Part shown: piece by piece, positions 1 through 8,228 of the stretch | How the letters are laid out: the number at the start of each line of letters is the position of its first letter | Numbering within the stretch: position 1 is the first letter of the stretch | From: an uncultured Lachnospiraceae bacterium | GTDB taxonomy: Bacteria > Bacillota > Clostridia > Oscillospirales > CAG-272 | Assembly: GCA_964498965.1 (NCBI GenBank) | Contig: CAZCJU010000002.1 | Span: forward strand, 3,798 to 67,797 | DNA length: 64,000 nt | Direction: 5' to 3' | Made by a program: the position numbers and the translations under genes | Notes under the pieces: model-generated | The model's database searches: none | What the model was told of the DNA's origin: nothing | Seen by the model: only the letters and a program-made list of their open reading frames with translations

Positions 1-422
1 GCACCGATCCAGCAGTTTTTTCCTATATGCACGCTTGCGTTGTATTGCAATCCCTTCTTGCGTAATTCGGGGTCGATCGGGTGAGCGGCGGTGGCTATGG
101 TGACATTCGGAGCGATCAGCGTATTATCGCCTATGTAAATGTAAGTGTCGTCAACTAAGGTCAAATTGAAATTCGCATAGACGTTGTTTCCGAAATGTAC
201 ATGGTGACAGCCGAAGTTGGAATGTATCGGCGGCTCGATGTAACAGCCGACACCGACCGAGGCAAACATCTCTTTCATAAGCCGTTGTCGCTTTTCACAT
301 TCACACGGTCGCGTCGCATTGAAATCGTATAATTTTTCAAGGCAAAGCGTTTGCCGACGCATGATATCTTCGTCGGAGGGATCATATAACTCACAATTGT
401 GCATCTTTTCTTTTTGCGACAT
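1..422 (-). CDS. maltose/galactoside O-acetyltransferase family protein (hexapeptide repeat); C-terminus lies outside the window
   Basis: This ORF is missing from the track because it runs off the window edge. My own minus-strand translation from the ATG at 420-422 gives MSQKEKMHNCELYDPSDEDIMRRQTLCLEKLYDFNATRP...NVYANFNLTLVDDTYIYIGDNTLIAPNVTIATAAHPIDPELR...IGKNCWIG. This shows the Mac-type N-terminus followed by left-handed beta-helix hexapeptide repeats. Confidence 0.75.
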   Translation of the reverse strand, partial: MSQKEKMHNCELYDPSDEDIMRRQTLCLEKLYDFNATRPCECEKRQRLMKEMFASVGVGCYIEPPIHSNFGCHHVHFGNNVYANFNLTLVDDTYIYIGDNTLIAPNVTIATAAHPIDPELRKKGLQYNASVHIGKNCWIG

Positions 423-440
423 ATCGTAACTCCGTTTCCG

Positions 441-1457
441 TCAGAAGACAAGGGTAAGTACCCAAGGCAGATGATCGGAGGTTATCAACGCATCCCGATC
501 CTTTATAGGCAAATAAGATTTTAATGCTACACCCGTCACGAAAGCATGGTCTATTATGTTGTCCGATTCCGACGGCTCATAGTAACTGTATTCTCCCGTC
601 TGTGAATCGTATGTTGCGTAGCCGCCGTAATATCCGAGCTTCTCGTACTTTTCCGCTGCCTCCGACGCAACACTCAATTCCGCTTTCAGCGTGTTATATG
701 CTTCGCTGTTCGGCAAACAGTTCAGATCGCCGCCGAATATCACGGGAATGCTTGCATATTCCGCCTTGGAAGATTTTATCTCTTCAATGAGAGCCAAAAT
801 GCGTTTTGCGTTGTCCGCACGAACGGCGTCCGCCTGCTCATATGTAAGCTTCGACTTGTCGGTCCACATAAAGTGTGCGTTTACCGTGAGGAACAGCTTG
901 CCCGTCGATTTTTCCCTGAATACGCCCCATGCGTACGACTTTGTGTTACTGTTGTTTCCGTACAGTTTCTCGCCGTTTATGGTGACCCACTCGGGGAACA
1001 GCTCGCCGCCGCTTTCAACGAGCGTCAGCTTGTCGGTACGGTAAAAAATAGGCTCGCAGTTTATGGAATCCTTGTAAAGAACATTGCCGTTAGAGTCTAT
1101 AGCAACCTCCTTGTAGCCCTTGCTCTGCAATTGTCGTAACGCTCCGCTGCGGTGGGTGCTGTCGAATTCCTGCATGCAGACTATGTCGGCTTCGGAGGCG
1201 GCTATCATTTCGACCTGTATCCGCAATCTGTCGGGTACGGTTATCTTACTGTATCCGTAAACATTGTAGTACATTATCTTCAGCTCTTCGGTGAGTTTTT
1301 CTTCTTCCGCTGCCACCGTACTCGATTCGGTGCTTTCTTCATTCGGAGAAGTATCACCTTCGGAGACGGTCGTCACTCCGTCATTTCCTTTGCCGCACGC
1401 CGTAAGACCTATAAGCAGGGCGAGCAAACAGAATAATGAAGTAATTCTTTTTTTCAT
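441..1457 (-). CDS. endonuclease/exonuclease/phosphatase (EEP) family lipoprotein
   Basis: The 338-aa ORF has a lipoprotein signal peptide (MKKRITSLFCLLALLIGLTAC-GK). EEP-like motifs are present: IVCMQEFD, GGDLN and a C-terminal SDHLPW. Confidence 0.7.
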   Translation of the reverse strand: MKKRITSLFCLLALLIGLTACGKGNDGVTTVSEGDTSPNEESTESSTVAAEEEKLTEELKIMYYNVYGYSKITVPDRLRIQVEMIAASEADIVCMQEFDSTHRSGALRQLQSKGYKEVAIDSNGNVLYKDSINCEPIFYRTDKLTLVESGGELFPEWVTINGEKLYGNNSNTKSYAWGVFREKSTGKLFLTVNAHFMWTDKSKLTYEQADAVRADNAKRILALIEEIKSSKAEYASIPVIFGGDLNCLPNSEAYNTLKAELSVASEAAEKYEKLGYYGGYATYDSQTGEYSYYEPSESDNIIDHAFVTGVALKSYLPIKDRDALITSDHLPWVLTLVF

Positions 1458-1733
1458 TTCGCTATCTCCTTTTGTAACTTGTTGTGTTTTTAATTTCGAT
1501 CCTCGCTTAGAATATCATAAAATACCCGTTTTGTCAATATTTAATTCAAAATCCGAAAATTATCGTTCTTTTTTATACTTTTCCGCATATTTTCGGGTAT
1601 TCAAAAAGAGAAGCATGGGTTTTGAAACGCCGAAGAAACGTCCGAGTGCTTCGACACTCGATTACTTTTCGTCGCTCATAAAACCGAATTGCGATTCATA
1701 TTTATGAATGAAATCATAAGGTGCGGTGTTTCG

Positions 1734-3278
1734 ATGAAGCTGTTAAAAAAATTTGCGTTAAACACGTGTGTACTCGTTATCACCTCCGTTTTCATGCGGC
1801 TCGTTTCGATGCTTTTCAATGTTTGGCTCACAAAAAGCATCGGCAGTGCGGGCATGGGTCTTTTTTCGCTCGTATTGAGCGTTTATTCGTTGGGTATAAC
1901 ATTCGCCTCGTCGGGTATAAATCTTGCCGCCACCCGTCTTGTTTCCGAGGAGCTTGCTTCGAATTCTCGGTTCGGAGCGATAAATGCGGTAAAAAAATGT
2001 ATTGTATATTCGCTGATATTCGGTTCATGCGGCTTTTTAATGCTCTTTTTCGGTGCGGAGCATATTGCGACAAACTGGCTCTGCGACTCCCGAGCCGCAC
2101 TTTCGCTTAAGATCCTCGCCGTCGCACTTCCGTTCATTTCTCTTTCTTCGGTATTCGTCGGTTATTTTTCCGCCGTCCGCCGTGTCGTAAAAAATGCGGT
2201 GACGAGCATTTTGGAGCAATTTCTGAGGATCTTCGTCACCGTGATCTTGATCTCGCTTTTATCGAAAAAAGATGTCGAGGGTGCGACCGCAGCCGTATCC
2301 GTCGGCATAGTTCTTTCGGAGCTTCTTTCTTTTATAACGTCGTTAGTCCTGTATCTGTCGGATATCAAACATCACAGAGAGGAAAGCACCGCCCGACCGT
2401 CCTCGAAAATAACGGTCAGACTTCTTAAAATGACCGTCCCGGTTGCGTTGTCCGCATATGTTCGTTCGGCACTGATGACGCTTGAGGACATTTTGATACC
2501 GTCACGTCTTTCCGAGAACGGACTGGATCGTCAAACCGCCCTGTCGACGTACGGTATCATAACGGGAATGGTGTTTCCGATAATATTTTTTCCGCTCGCA
2601 TTTTTGTCTGCGGCTTCCTCACTTCTTATTCCCGAGCTTACACGCTGTAAGGCACGCAGTGAAAAAAGACGTATAAATTACATTGTAAACAGGTATTTTC
2701 GTTTCTGCATCATTTTTTCCGTCGCCGTGTCGGGATTGTTCATTTATTTTTCCGACCTGCTCGGCGTTATGATATACGACAGTGCGTCATCCGGAAGGCA
2801 TATAAAGATATTTGCCGCACTGATCCCCGTAAGCTACCTCGACAACTCCGTCGATGCCATGCTTAAAGGACTGGGCGAGCAGTTTTCCTCCATGAAATAC
2901 AATATAATAGATGCGTTATCGGGAGTAATACTCGTATACTTTCTTCTTCCTCCGCTCGGTGTCGGCGGCTATGTGATAACGGTGTTTGCGTGTGAACTTT
3001 TGAATTTTTCCCTGTCACTTAAACGGCTTTCCGAAATAACGGTCTTGGATTTCAAGCCGAGTGCATGGGTGATATCTCCCGTTTTGGGCATTATCGGTGC
3101 GACGGGTCTTTGCACTTTAATATTCAATGTATTGAACATTTCCTATCATTACGATATCGTTTCCGTGTGCGTTAGTTCGGCGATATGTTTCATACTGTAC
3201 TATTCTTTCCTGCGTCTTACTAATTGTGTGACGGACGAGGACGAAAAGTGGTTTTTGCAGATCTTCGAGAAAAAATAA
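1734..3278 (+). CDS. MOP-superfamily polysaccharide/lipid-II flippase, SpoVB-like
   Basis: The ORF is 1689-3278. I prefer the ATG at 1734 (MKLLKKFALNT...), which has AAGGTG about 10 nt upstream. The protein is polytopic (about 14 hydrophobic segments), and its N-terminus resembles SpoVB/MurJ-type flippases (...GMGLFSLVLSVYSLGITFASSGINLAATRLVSEE). Confidence 0.65.
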   Translation: MKLLKKFALNTCVLVITSVFMRLVSMLFNVWLTKSIGSAGMGLFSLVLSVYSLGITFASSGINLAATRLVSEELASNSRFGAINAVKKCIVYSLIFGSCGFLMLFFGAEHIATNWLCDSRAALSLKILAVALPFISLSSVFVGYFSAVRRVVKNAVTSILEQFLRIFVTVILISLLSKKDVEGATAAVSVGIVLSELLSFITSLVLYLSDIKHHREESTARPSSKITVRLLKMTVPVALSAYVRSALMTLEDILIPSRLSENGLDRQTALSTYGIITGMVFPIIFFPLAFLSAASSLLIPELTRCKARSEKRRINYIVNRYFRFCIIFSVAVSGLFIYFSDLLGVMIYDSASSGRHIKIFAALIPVSYLDNSVDAMLKGLGEQFSSMKYNIIDALSGVILVYFLLPPLGVGGYVITVFACELLNFSLSLKRLSEITVLDFKPSAWVISPVLGIIGATGLCTLIFNVLNISYHYDIVSVCVSSAICFILYYSFLRLTNCVTDEDEKWFLQIFEKK

Positions 3279-3346
3279 TTCGATTGATAACTGTAGCCTT
3301 GTGCATTCTGTACAATTATTTCACTGAAATTTGTGGAAAATGTGCA

Positions 3347-3375
3347 TTGACATTTTTTGCGTGTTAATCTATAAT
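3347..3375 (+). promoter_or_regulatory. sigma-A-type promoter for the surface-protein gene
   Basis: TTGACA (3347-3352), a 17-nt spacer, then TATAAT (3370-3375), about 75 nt upstream of the start codon. Confidence 0.5.
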
Positions 3376-3448
3376 AAGATCGAGGGTATTTTGCATTCTG
3401 CCGAGAATGTACAGTTGTTTTCCATACAAAAACAGGGGAGATTTTTAA

Positions 3449-6400
3449 ATGAAAAAAAGAATTGTAAGCACAATACTTTCGTTTTGTATGCTTTTGTCGC
3501 TTTTTCCGATGACATCGGCTTGGGCGGCGGACGATACAACCGAACTGCAAAAGAAGCTCGACAACGGCGGCACGGTCACACTTTCTAAAGATTGCGAAAT
3601 AACAACAACGCTCACAATAAATAAGACCGTCACGCTTGACCTTAACGGCTACGTTCTTAAAATGACCGGCGAAGGATCCGTTATTATGCTTAAGAACAGC
3701 GGGGCAGGCTTGACGATCGCAGACAGCACCCCGAACAGAACACACGGTGATTCGTCTTTTCCGGCAGGTGGAGTTATTACCGGCGGAACGGGTTCTACTC
3801 AAGGCAATACCTCCGTTATACGATGCGGCGGCGGCGTGTATATCGGTGATAGCTGCACAGCCGAAATGACCGGCGGAACAATTTACGCTTGCTCTGCCTA
3901 TTACGGCGGCGGTGTCTATCTTAAATACGAGTCCAAATTTATAATGAGCGGAGGCAGCATTTCCGACTGCCATGCCGGAGGTAGAACTGCGTCCTACAAT
4001 GCCGGTGACGGTATTTACATGGGCAGATATTGCACTTTCAAGCTGAAAGGCGGCAGCGTAAATTCGGGCATAGTGAATTTAGACGGTAGTATGGAAGCGA
4101 GCGGCGGTGTAATAAACGACAATGTGATTATCGTTTGGGAGAGTGGTATCCTTCCGTTATCTTGTGCCGCCACTGCGGAATCCTATCCCGAATTCAGAGG
4201 CGATGTTATTGTGGAGGGTACTCTGAAAAATATCACATTGGATAATGTTTCGGGGGGGGTATTCTGTCGCGGAATCAAAAACTTTGAGATCTCTCAAACA
4301 AACGGCACACAACATGCATATACGGTAAGCTTCGACTTTAACGGCGGTAACGGAACAGCTCTGCCTACCCAATGGTTTTTAAACGCTTCGGGTGCGAAGG
4401 CGGTGAAGCCCGAAATCGCTCCCACAAGATCCGGCTATGCGTTTGTCGGCTGGTACAACGGCGATAAAGAATATACCTTCACCGAAACCGTTACGCAAAG
4501 CATAACATTGAAAGCGAAATGGGAAAGCATCGGCGTAAGCTCCGAGAACGAGCTGAAAAACAAGCTTGCGATGGGACTCGAGCTTGTTAAACTGGAAAAG
4601 GATCTTTCACTTTCCTCGACCCTCGATATCAGCGATAAAACACTTACGATAGACCTTAACGGTCACGTTCTCACGGGAAATATCAATATAGCCGATACCT
4701 CGTCGTCGAATGCGTCCGAACTTACCCTCATCGACAGCACCCCCTCGGCAACACATTCCGATACAAGTCTGCCGTCGGGTGGCGTGTTGAAAGGAAATAT
4801 AACACTGTCAAGAGGCAACGGCGGCAGTAAGAGCGTCCTTAACGCAAACGGCGGTAACGTCACCGGTAACCTGAATCTCCACAGCTACGCCGCAAAGGTG
4901 TATAATACCTGTGATAACAAAACAACTACCTCGTTTTACGGTAAAGCGAACGCTTCGATACCGAATGCCGAGGTCTACGGCGGTATATACTACGGCGGTA
5001 TCGACGAAAACTTCAAAACCTGTGTAAAGGGAATACTTCTGACCTTCTATGTTGACGATGCCGAATACTGCTATGAGGTCTATACCGAGATCAATCCCGA
5101 CCACAGAATGCATAATACGATAGCTCCCGTCGATCCCGTGAAAGAGGGCTATAGCTTCTCGAGTTGGAAATATACAAACATCGGCAGCAGCGTCGATTGG
5201 CGTTTCGGCACGAACTATTATATCTTCCCCAGAAAACTTGATGCCGCATTCACTGCCGATACATATACGATAAGCTATGACTTAAACGGCGGCGATCCGG
5301 GCGATAAAACAAATCCATCGACATATACGGCGGAAAGCAATTCCATCACCTTAAATAATCCCACAAAAAACGGTTATGATTTTACCGGCTGGAGCGGTAC
5401 GGGACTGACGGGCGAAAATAATACGAACGTTATTATATACAAGGGCAGTATAGGCAACAGAGAATACACGGCTCATTACTCACCCAAGAGCGGCTATTCC
5501 GTTATATTCGATTCAAACGGCGGAAGTACCGTTGACGGCAAAACAGACGTAAAATGGACGGATAAGGTACTTAGCGGTGCTTCCGAACCCACGAAAAAAG
5601 GCTATACTTTTAAAGGCTGGAAATGCGTAAGCATTGACGTTGACGAAAATACGACATATGCCGATCTCGCAACGGACGATAAAACAACGAGCGTTACTCT
5701 TACGGCACAGTGGGAGGTAAAGAGCGGCTATTCCGTTACATTCGATTCAAACGGCGGAAGTACCGTTGACGGCAAAACAGACGTAAAATGGACGGATAAG
5801 GTACTTAGCGGTGCTTCCGAACCCACGAAAAAAGGCTATACTTTTAAAGGCTGGAAATGCGTAAGCATTGACGTTGACGAAAATACGACATATGCCGATC
5901 TCGCAACGGACGATAAAACAACGAGCGTTACTCTTACGGCACAGTGGGAGGTAAAGAGCGGCTATTCCGTTACATTCGATTCAAACGGCGGAAGTACCGT
6001 TAACGGCAAAACAGACGTAAAATGGACGGATAAGGTGCTTGACGGTGTTTCCGAACCCACAAGACCGGGATATATATTCAACGGATGGAAATGCGGTACG
6101 GTAAAAGTATCTTCAAACATCACATACGCAAGCCTCGCAAAAAACGATAACGTTTTGAACGTTGACTTGACGGCACAGTGGAAGCAGGGACCCGCAAATA
6201 CACTTAGGTTCAACGGCAACGGCGGACTGAGAAACGGTTCGGCGACATATTCCGTATATACAAACGCCGATCACTATACGATATCGAATGATACGAATAA
6301 CGGCTTTATACGCACCGACTACGTGTTCGTCGGCTGGAATACCGAACCCGACGGCAAAGGCAAAAACATTGTCAAAGACGATCGTATAAGCTTCGGTCTC

Positions 6401-7030
6401 GCACATAACGGTGAGATAGTCGTATTATATGCACAGTGGCTCGATGCGATATCACCCGTTATCTCGGGTGTCGAGGACGGTAAGACCTATTGCGAAGCAA
6501 GGGAAGTGACCGTATCGGATAATATCGGTATAGCGAGCGTTACGGTAAACGGTAATTCCGTTACACCCGAAAACGGTAAATTTACACTGTCTCCCGCCGA
6601 CGGCACACAGAATATAACCGTTACCGATACCGACGGGAATGTGACAGAGGTCACCGTGACCGTGAATAACGGTCATACCGGCGGCACGGCAACGTGCATT
6701 AATAAAGCCGTGTGCGAGATATGTGATGCGGAATACGGTGATATCGACGCCAATAAGCATACGATGTTAAAACACGTCGAAGCGGTCGAAGCCACGACCG
6801 AAAGCGAGGGCAATATCGAATATTGGTACTGCGAGGATTGCGGTAAATATTTCGGTGACGCAAACGGAGAAAACGAGATCGACCTCGCCGACACGGTGGT
6901 CGGAAAGCTTCCCGAGGTGATCCCTCCGCAGACCGCCGACAGCTCACTCATTCCGCTTTCCCTCATTTCGGCTCTGATAAGCGGTATCGCCGCTGTGTAT
7001 GTTTACGCAAAAAAGAAATGCGGAAGATGA
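3449..7030 (+). CDS. large cell-surface protein with Listeria-Bacteroides (Flg_new / InlB B-repeat type) modules and a C-terminal anchor
   Basis: The 1193-aa ORF has a GGAG RBS and a signal peptide (MKKRIVSTILSFCMLLSLFPMTSAWA). It contains two G-rich beta-helix-like blocks (GGVITGGTG..., GGVLKGN...). About seven ~70-aa modules follow the pattern Y.V.FD.NGG....GY.F.GW....L.A.W. A Cys/His-rich segment (CINKAVCEICDAEYG...YWYCEDCGKYF) precedes the C-terminal tail PPQTAD + hydrophobic helix + KKKCGR. Confidence 0.85.
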   Translation: MKKRIVSTILSFCMLLSLFPMTSAWAADDTTELQKKLDNGGTVTLSKDCEITTTLTINKTVTLDLNGYVLKMTGEGSVIMLKNSGAGLTIADSTPNRTHGDSSFPAGGVITGGTGSTQGNTSVIRCGGGVYIGDSCTAEMTGGTIYACSAYYGGGVYLKYESKFIMSGGSISDCHAGGRTASYNAGDGIYMGRYCTFKLKGGSVNSGIVNLDGSMEASGGVINDNVIIVWESGILPLSCAATAESYPEFRGDVIVEGTLKNITLDNVSGGVFCRGIKNFEISQTNGTQHAYTVSFDFNGGNGTALPTQWFLNASGAKAVKPEIAPTRSGYAFVGWYNGDKEYTFTETVTQSITLKAKWESIGVSSENELKNKLAMGLELVKLEKDLSLSSTLDISDKTLTIDLNGHVLTGNINIADTSSSNASELTLIDSTPSATHSDTSLPSGGVLKGNITLSRGNGGSKSVLNANGGNVTGNLNLHSYAAKVYNTCDNKTTTSFYGKANASIPNAEVYGGIYYGGIDENFKTCVKGILLTFYVDDAEYCYEVYTEINPDHRMHNTIAPVDPVKEGYSFSSWKYTNIGSSVDWRFGTNYYIFPRKLDAAFTADTYTISYDLNGGDPGDKTNPSTYTAESNSITLNNPTKNGYDFTGWSGTGLTGENNTNVIIYKGSIGNREYTAHYSPKSGYSVIFDSNGGSTVDGKTDVKWTDKVLSGASEPTKKGYTFKGWKCVSIDVDENTTYADLATDDKTTSVTLTAQWEVKSGYSVTFDSNGGSTVDGKTDVKWTDKVLSGASEPTKKGYTFKGWKCVSIDVDENTTYADLATDDKTTSVTLTAQWEVKSGYSVTFDSNGGSTVNGKTDVKWTDKVLDGVSEPTRPGYIFNGWKCGTVKVSSNITYASLAKNDNVLNVDLTAQWKQGPANTLRFNGNGGLRNGSATYSVYTNADHYTISNDTNNGFIRTDYVFVGWNTEPDGKGKNIVKDDRISFGLAHNGEIVVLYAQWLDAISPVISGVEDGKTYCEAREVTVSDNIGIASVTVNGNSVTPENGKFTLSPADGTQNITVTDTDGNVTEVTVTVNNGHTGGTATCINKAVCEICDAEYGDIDANKHTMLKHVEAVEATTESEGNIEYWYCEDCGKYFGDANGENEIDLADTVVGKLPEVIPPQTADSSLIPLSLISALISGIAAVYVYAKKKCGR
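5486..6187. repeat. three tandem 234-bp (78-codon) repeats inside the surface-protein CDS
   Basis: The units start at 5486, 5720 and 5954. Units 1 and 2 are identical at every position I compared except one (gttatattc versus gttacattc). Unit 3 has diverged. Each unit encodes one KSGYSV.FDSNGGSTV.GKTDVKWTDKVL...GY.F.GWKC...LTAQW module. Confidence 0.9.
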
Positions 7031-7067
7031 TTTGAAACTTGATCGAGCAATTTAAATATAATCGCAA

Positions 7068-7096
7068 CAGGGGCAGATATCTGCCCCTGCTTTTGT
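7068..7096 (+). terminator. rho-independent terminator after the surface-protein gene
   Basis: The hairpin is caggggcag-atat-ctgcccctg (9-bp GC-rich stem), followed by cttttgt. Confidence 0.6.
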
Positions 7097-7187
7097 CCAA
7101 AGTGCTTTAACGGTTCATTTTGTTTTAGTCGATATTTATTGATTTTCGTCAAAAAACGAAAAATCGGATTTTTTTTTGAAAAAGGTA

Positions 7188-7216
7188 TTGATTTTTTTGT
7201 GAAAGTATGATATAAT
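7188..7216 (+). promoter_or_regulatory. sigma-A-type promoter for tRNA-Glu
   Basis: TTGATT (7188-7193), a 17-nt spacer, then TATAAT (7211-7216), which is preceded by TGA. It lies about 20 nt upstream of the tRNA 5' end. Confidence 0.5.
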
Positions 7217-7235
7217 ACTGCCGTTGACCGAAGAT

Positions 7236-7310
7236 GGCCTGTTGGTCAAGTGGCTAAGACTCCGCCCTCTCACGGCGGCGACAGGGGTTCGACTCCCCTA
7301 CAGGTCACCA
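7236..7310 (+). tRNA. tRNA-Glu, anticodon CUC, with encoded CCA
   Basis: The hand-folded cloverleaf has an acceptor stem ggcctgt/acaggtc (one G-U pair) and a 3-bp D stem gtc/gac. The anticodon stem is ccgcc/ggcgg with loop c-t-CTC-a-c. The T arm is agggg-ttcgact-cccct, followed by discriminator a and cca. The anticodon and T arms closely resemble E. coli tRNA-Glu. Confidence 0.85.
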
Positions 7311-7318
7311 TCAAATAA

Positions 7319-7352
7319 CGCACTTTTGTCTACCGACAAGAGTGCGTTTTTT
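7319..7352 (+). terminator. rho-independent terminator after tRNA-Glu
   Basis: The stem is cgcacttttgtc / gacaagagtgcg (12 bp, one G-U pair) with loop tacc, followed by tttttt. Confidence 0.7.
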
Positions 7353-7379
7353 AACTCAATTACCGAAAGGAAAACGATC

Positions 7380-8204
7380 ATGGTCGATACTCAAAAGATC
7401 AGTACGGAAAAAAGAAACGAAAACACAATGAACATAGACAAGCTCGAAACGCTTGACATGGTCACTCTCATGCACAAAGAAAGTCGTCGGGCGTTCGATG
7501 CCATAGACGATGTACTGCCTCAAGTAGCAAAAGCGGTAGAGGCGATCGCCGCCGCATTTGAAAACGGAGGTCATTTATACTATGTGGGTGCGGGAACGAG
7601 CGGACGCATAGGCGTACTCGACGCAAGCGAATGCCCACCCACCTTCGGTGTCGATCCCTCCCTCGTGGTGGGTATAATCGCAGGCGGCGACAAGGCATTA
7701 CGTAAAAGCTCCGAAGGTGCGGAGGATTTCGAAGAAAACGGCTACGGGGAAATCAAAGAGCTTTGCCTTACCGAAAACGATGTACTTGTCGGAATTGCGG
7801 CGAGCGGCAGAACTCCGTATGTTGCCGGTGCCATGAAAGCGGCTCGTGAAGCCGGAGCCGTCGTTTGCTCCGTAACGAGCAATCCCGGCGGTTACATAGA
7901 TACTCTCGCCGATATCAAAATATCCCCCGACACAGGTGCGGAGGTAATAACGGGTTCTACACGTCTTAAGAGCGGCACGGCACAAAAGCTCATACTCAAT
8001 ATGCTTTCGACTTGTGCGATGATAAAAACCGGCAAGGTATACAGTAATCTTATGATCAATGTAAGTGCCGCAAACGAGAAGCTCAAAAGCCGTGCGGCTT
8101 CCATAACCTCCGAGATCCTCGAAATTAGCAAGGACGAGGCATACGAGCTGTTAAGCAAAAACAATTTTGTTATCAAAGATGCCGTTAAGGCGTACAACAA
8201 ATAA
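7380..8204 (+). CDS. murQ: N-acetylmuramic acid 6-phosphate etherase
   Basis: The track ORF 7224-8204 overlaps the tRNA, so the real start is the ATG at 7380 (MVDTQKISTEKRNENTMNIDKLETLDMV...). The SIS domain is recognisable: GGHLYYVGAGTSGRIGVLDASECPPTFG...LVGIAASGRTPYV...TGSTRLKSGTAQK. Confidence 0.85.
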   Translation: MVDTQKISTEKRNENTMNIDKLETLDMVTLMHKESRRAFDAIDDVLPQVAKAVEAIAAAFENGGHLYYVGAGTSGRIGVLDASECPPTFGVDPSLVVGIIAGGDKALRKSSEGAEDFEENGYGEIKELCLTENDVLVGIAASGRTPYVAGAMKAAREAGAVVCSVTSNPGGYIDTLADIKISPDTGAEVITGSTRLKSGTAQKLILNMLSTCAMIKTGKVYSNLMINVSAANEKLKSRAASITSEILEISKDEAYELLSKNNFVIKDAVKAYNK

Positions 8205-8228
8205 TCGTCAGATCAAAGGAGGGTACGG

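Noticed and set aside
3200-3973. A 257-aa minus-strand ORF spanning the promoter and 5' end of the surface-protein gene.
   Set aside because: It is antisense to a well-supported CDS and crosses an intergenic promoter. It shows no motif and has Cys/Arg/Ala-rich shadow-frame composition.
7224-7379. The N-terminal 52 codons of track ORF 7224-8204 (MTEDGLLVKWLRLRPLTAATGVRLPYRSP...).
   Set aside because: This stretch is the translation of the tRNA-Glu gene (7236-7310) and its terminator. MurQ homology begins at the ATG at 7380.
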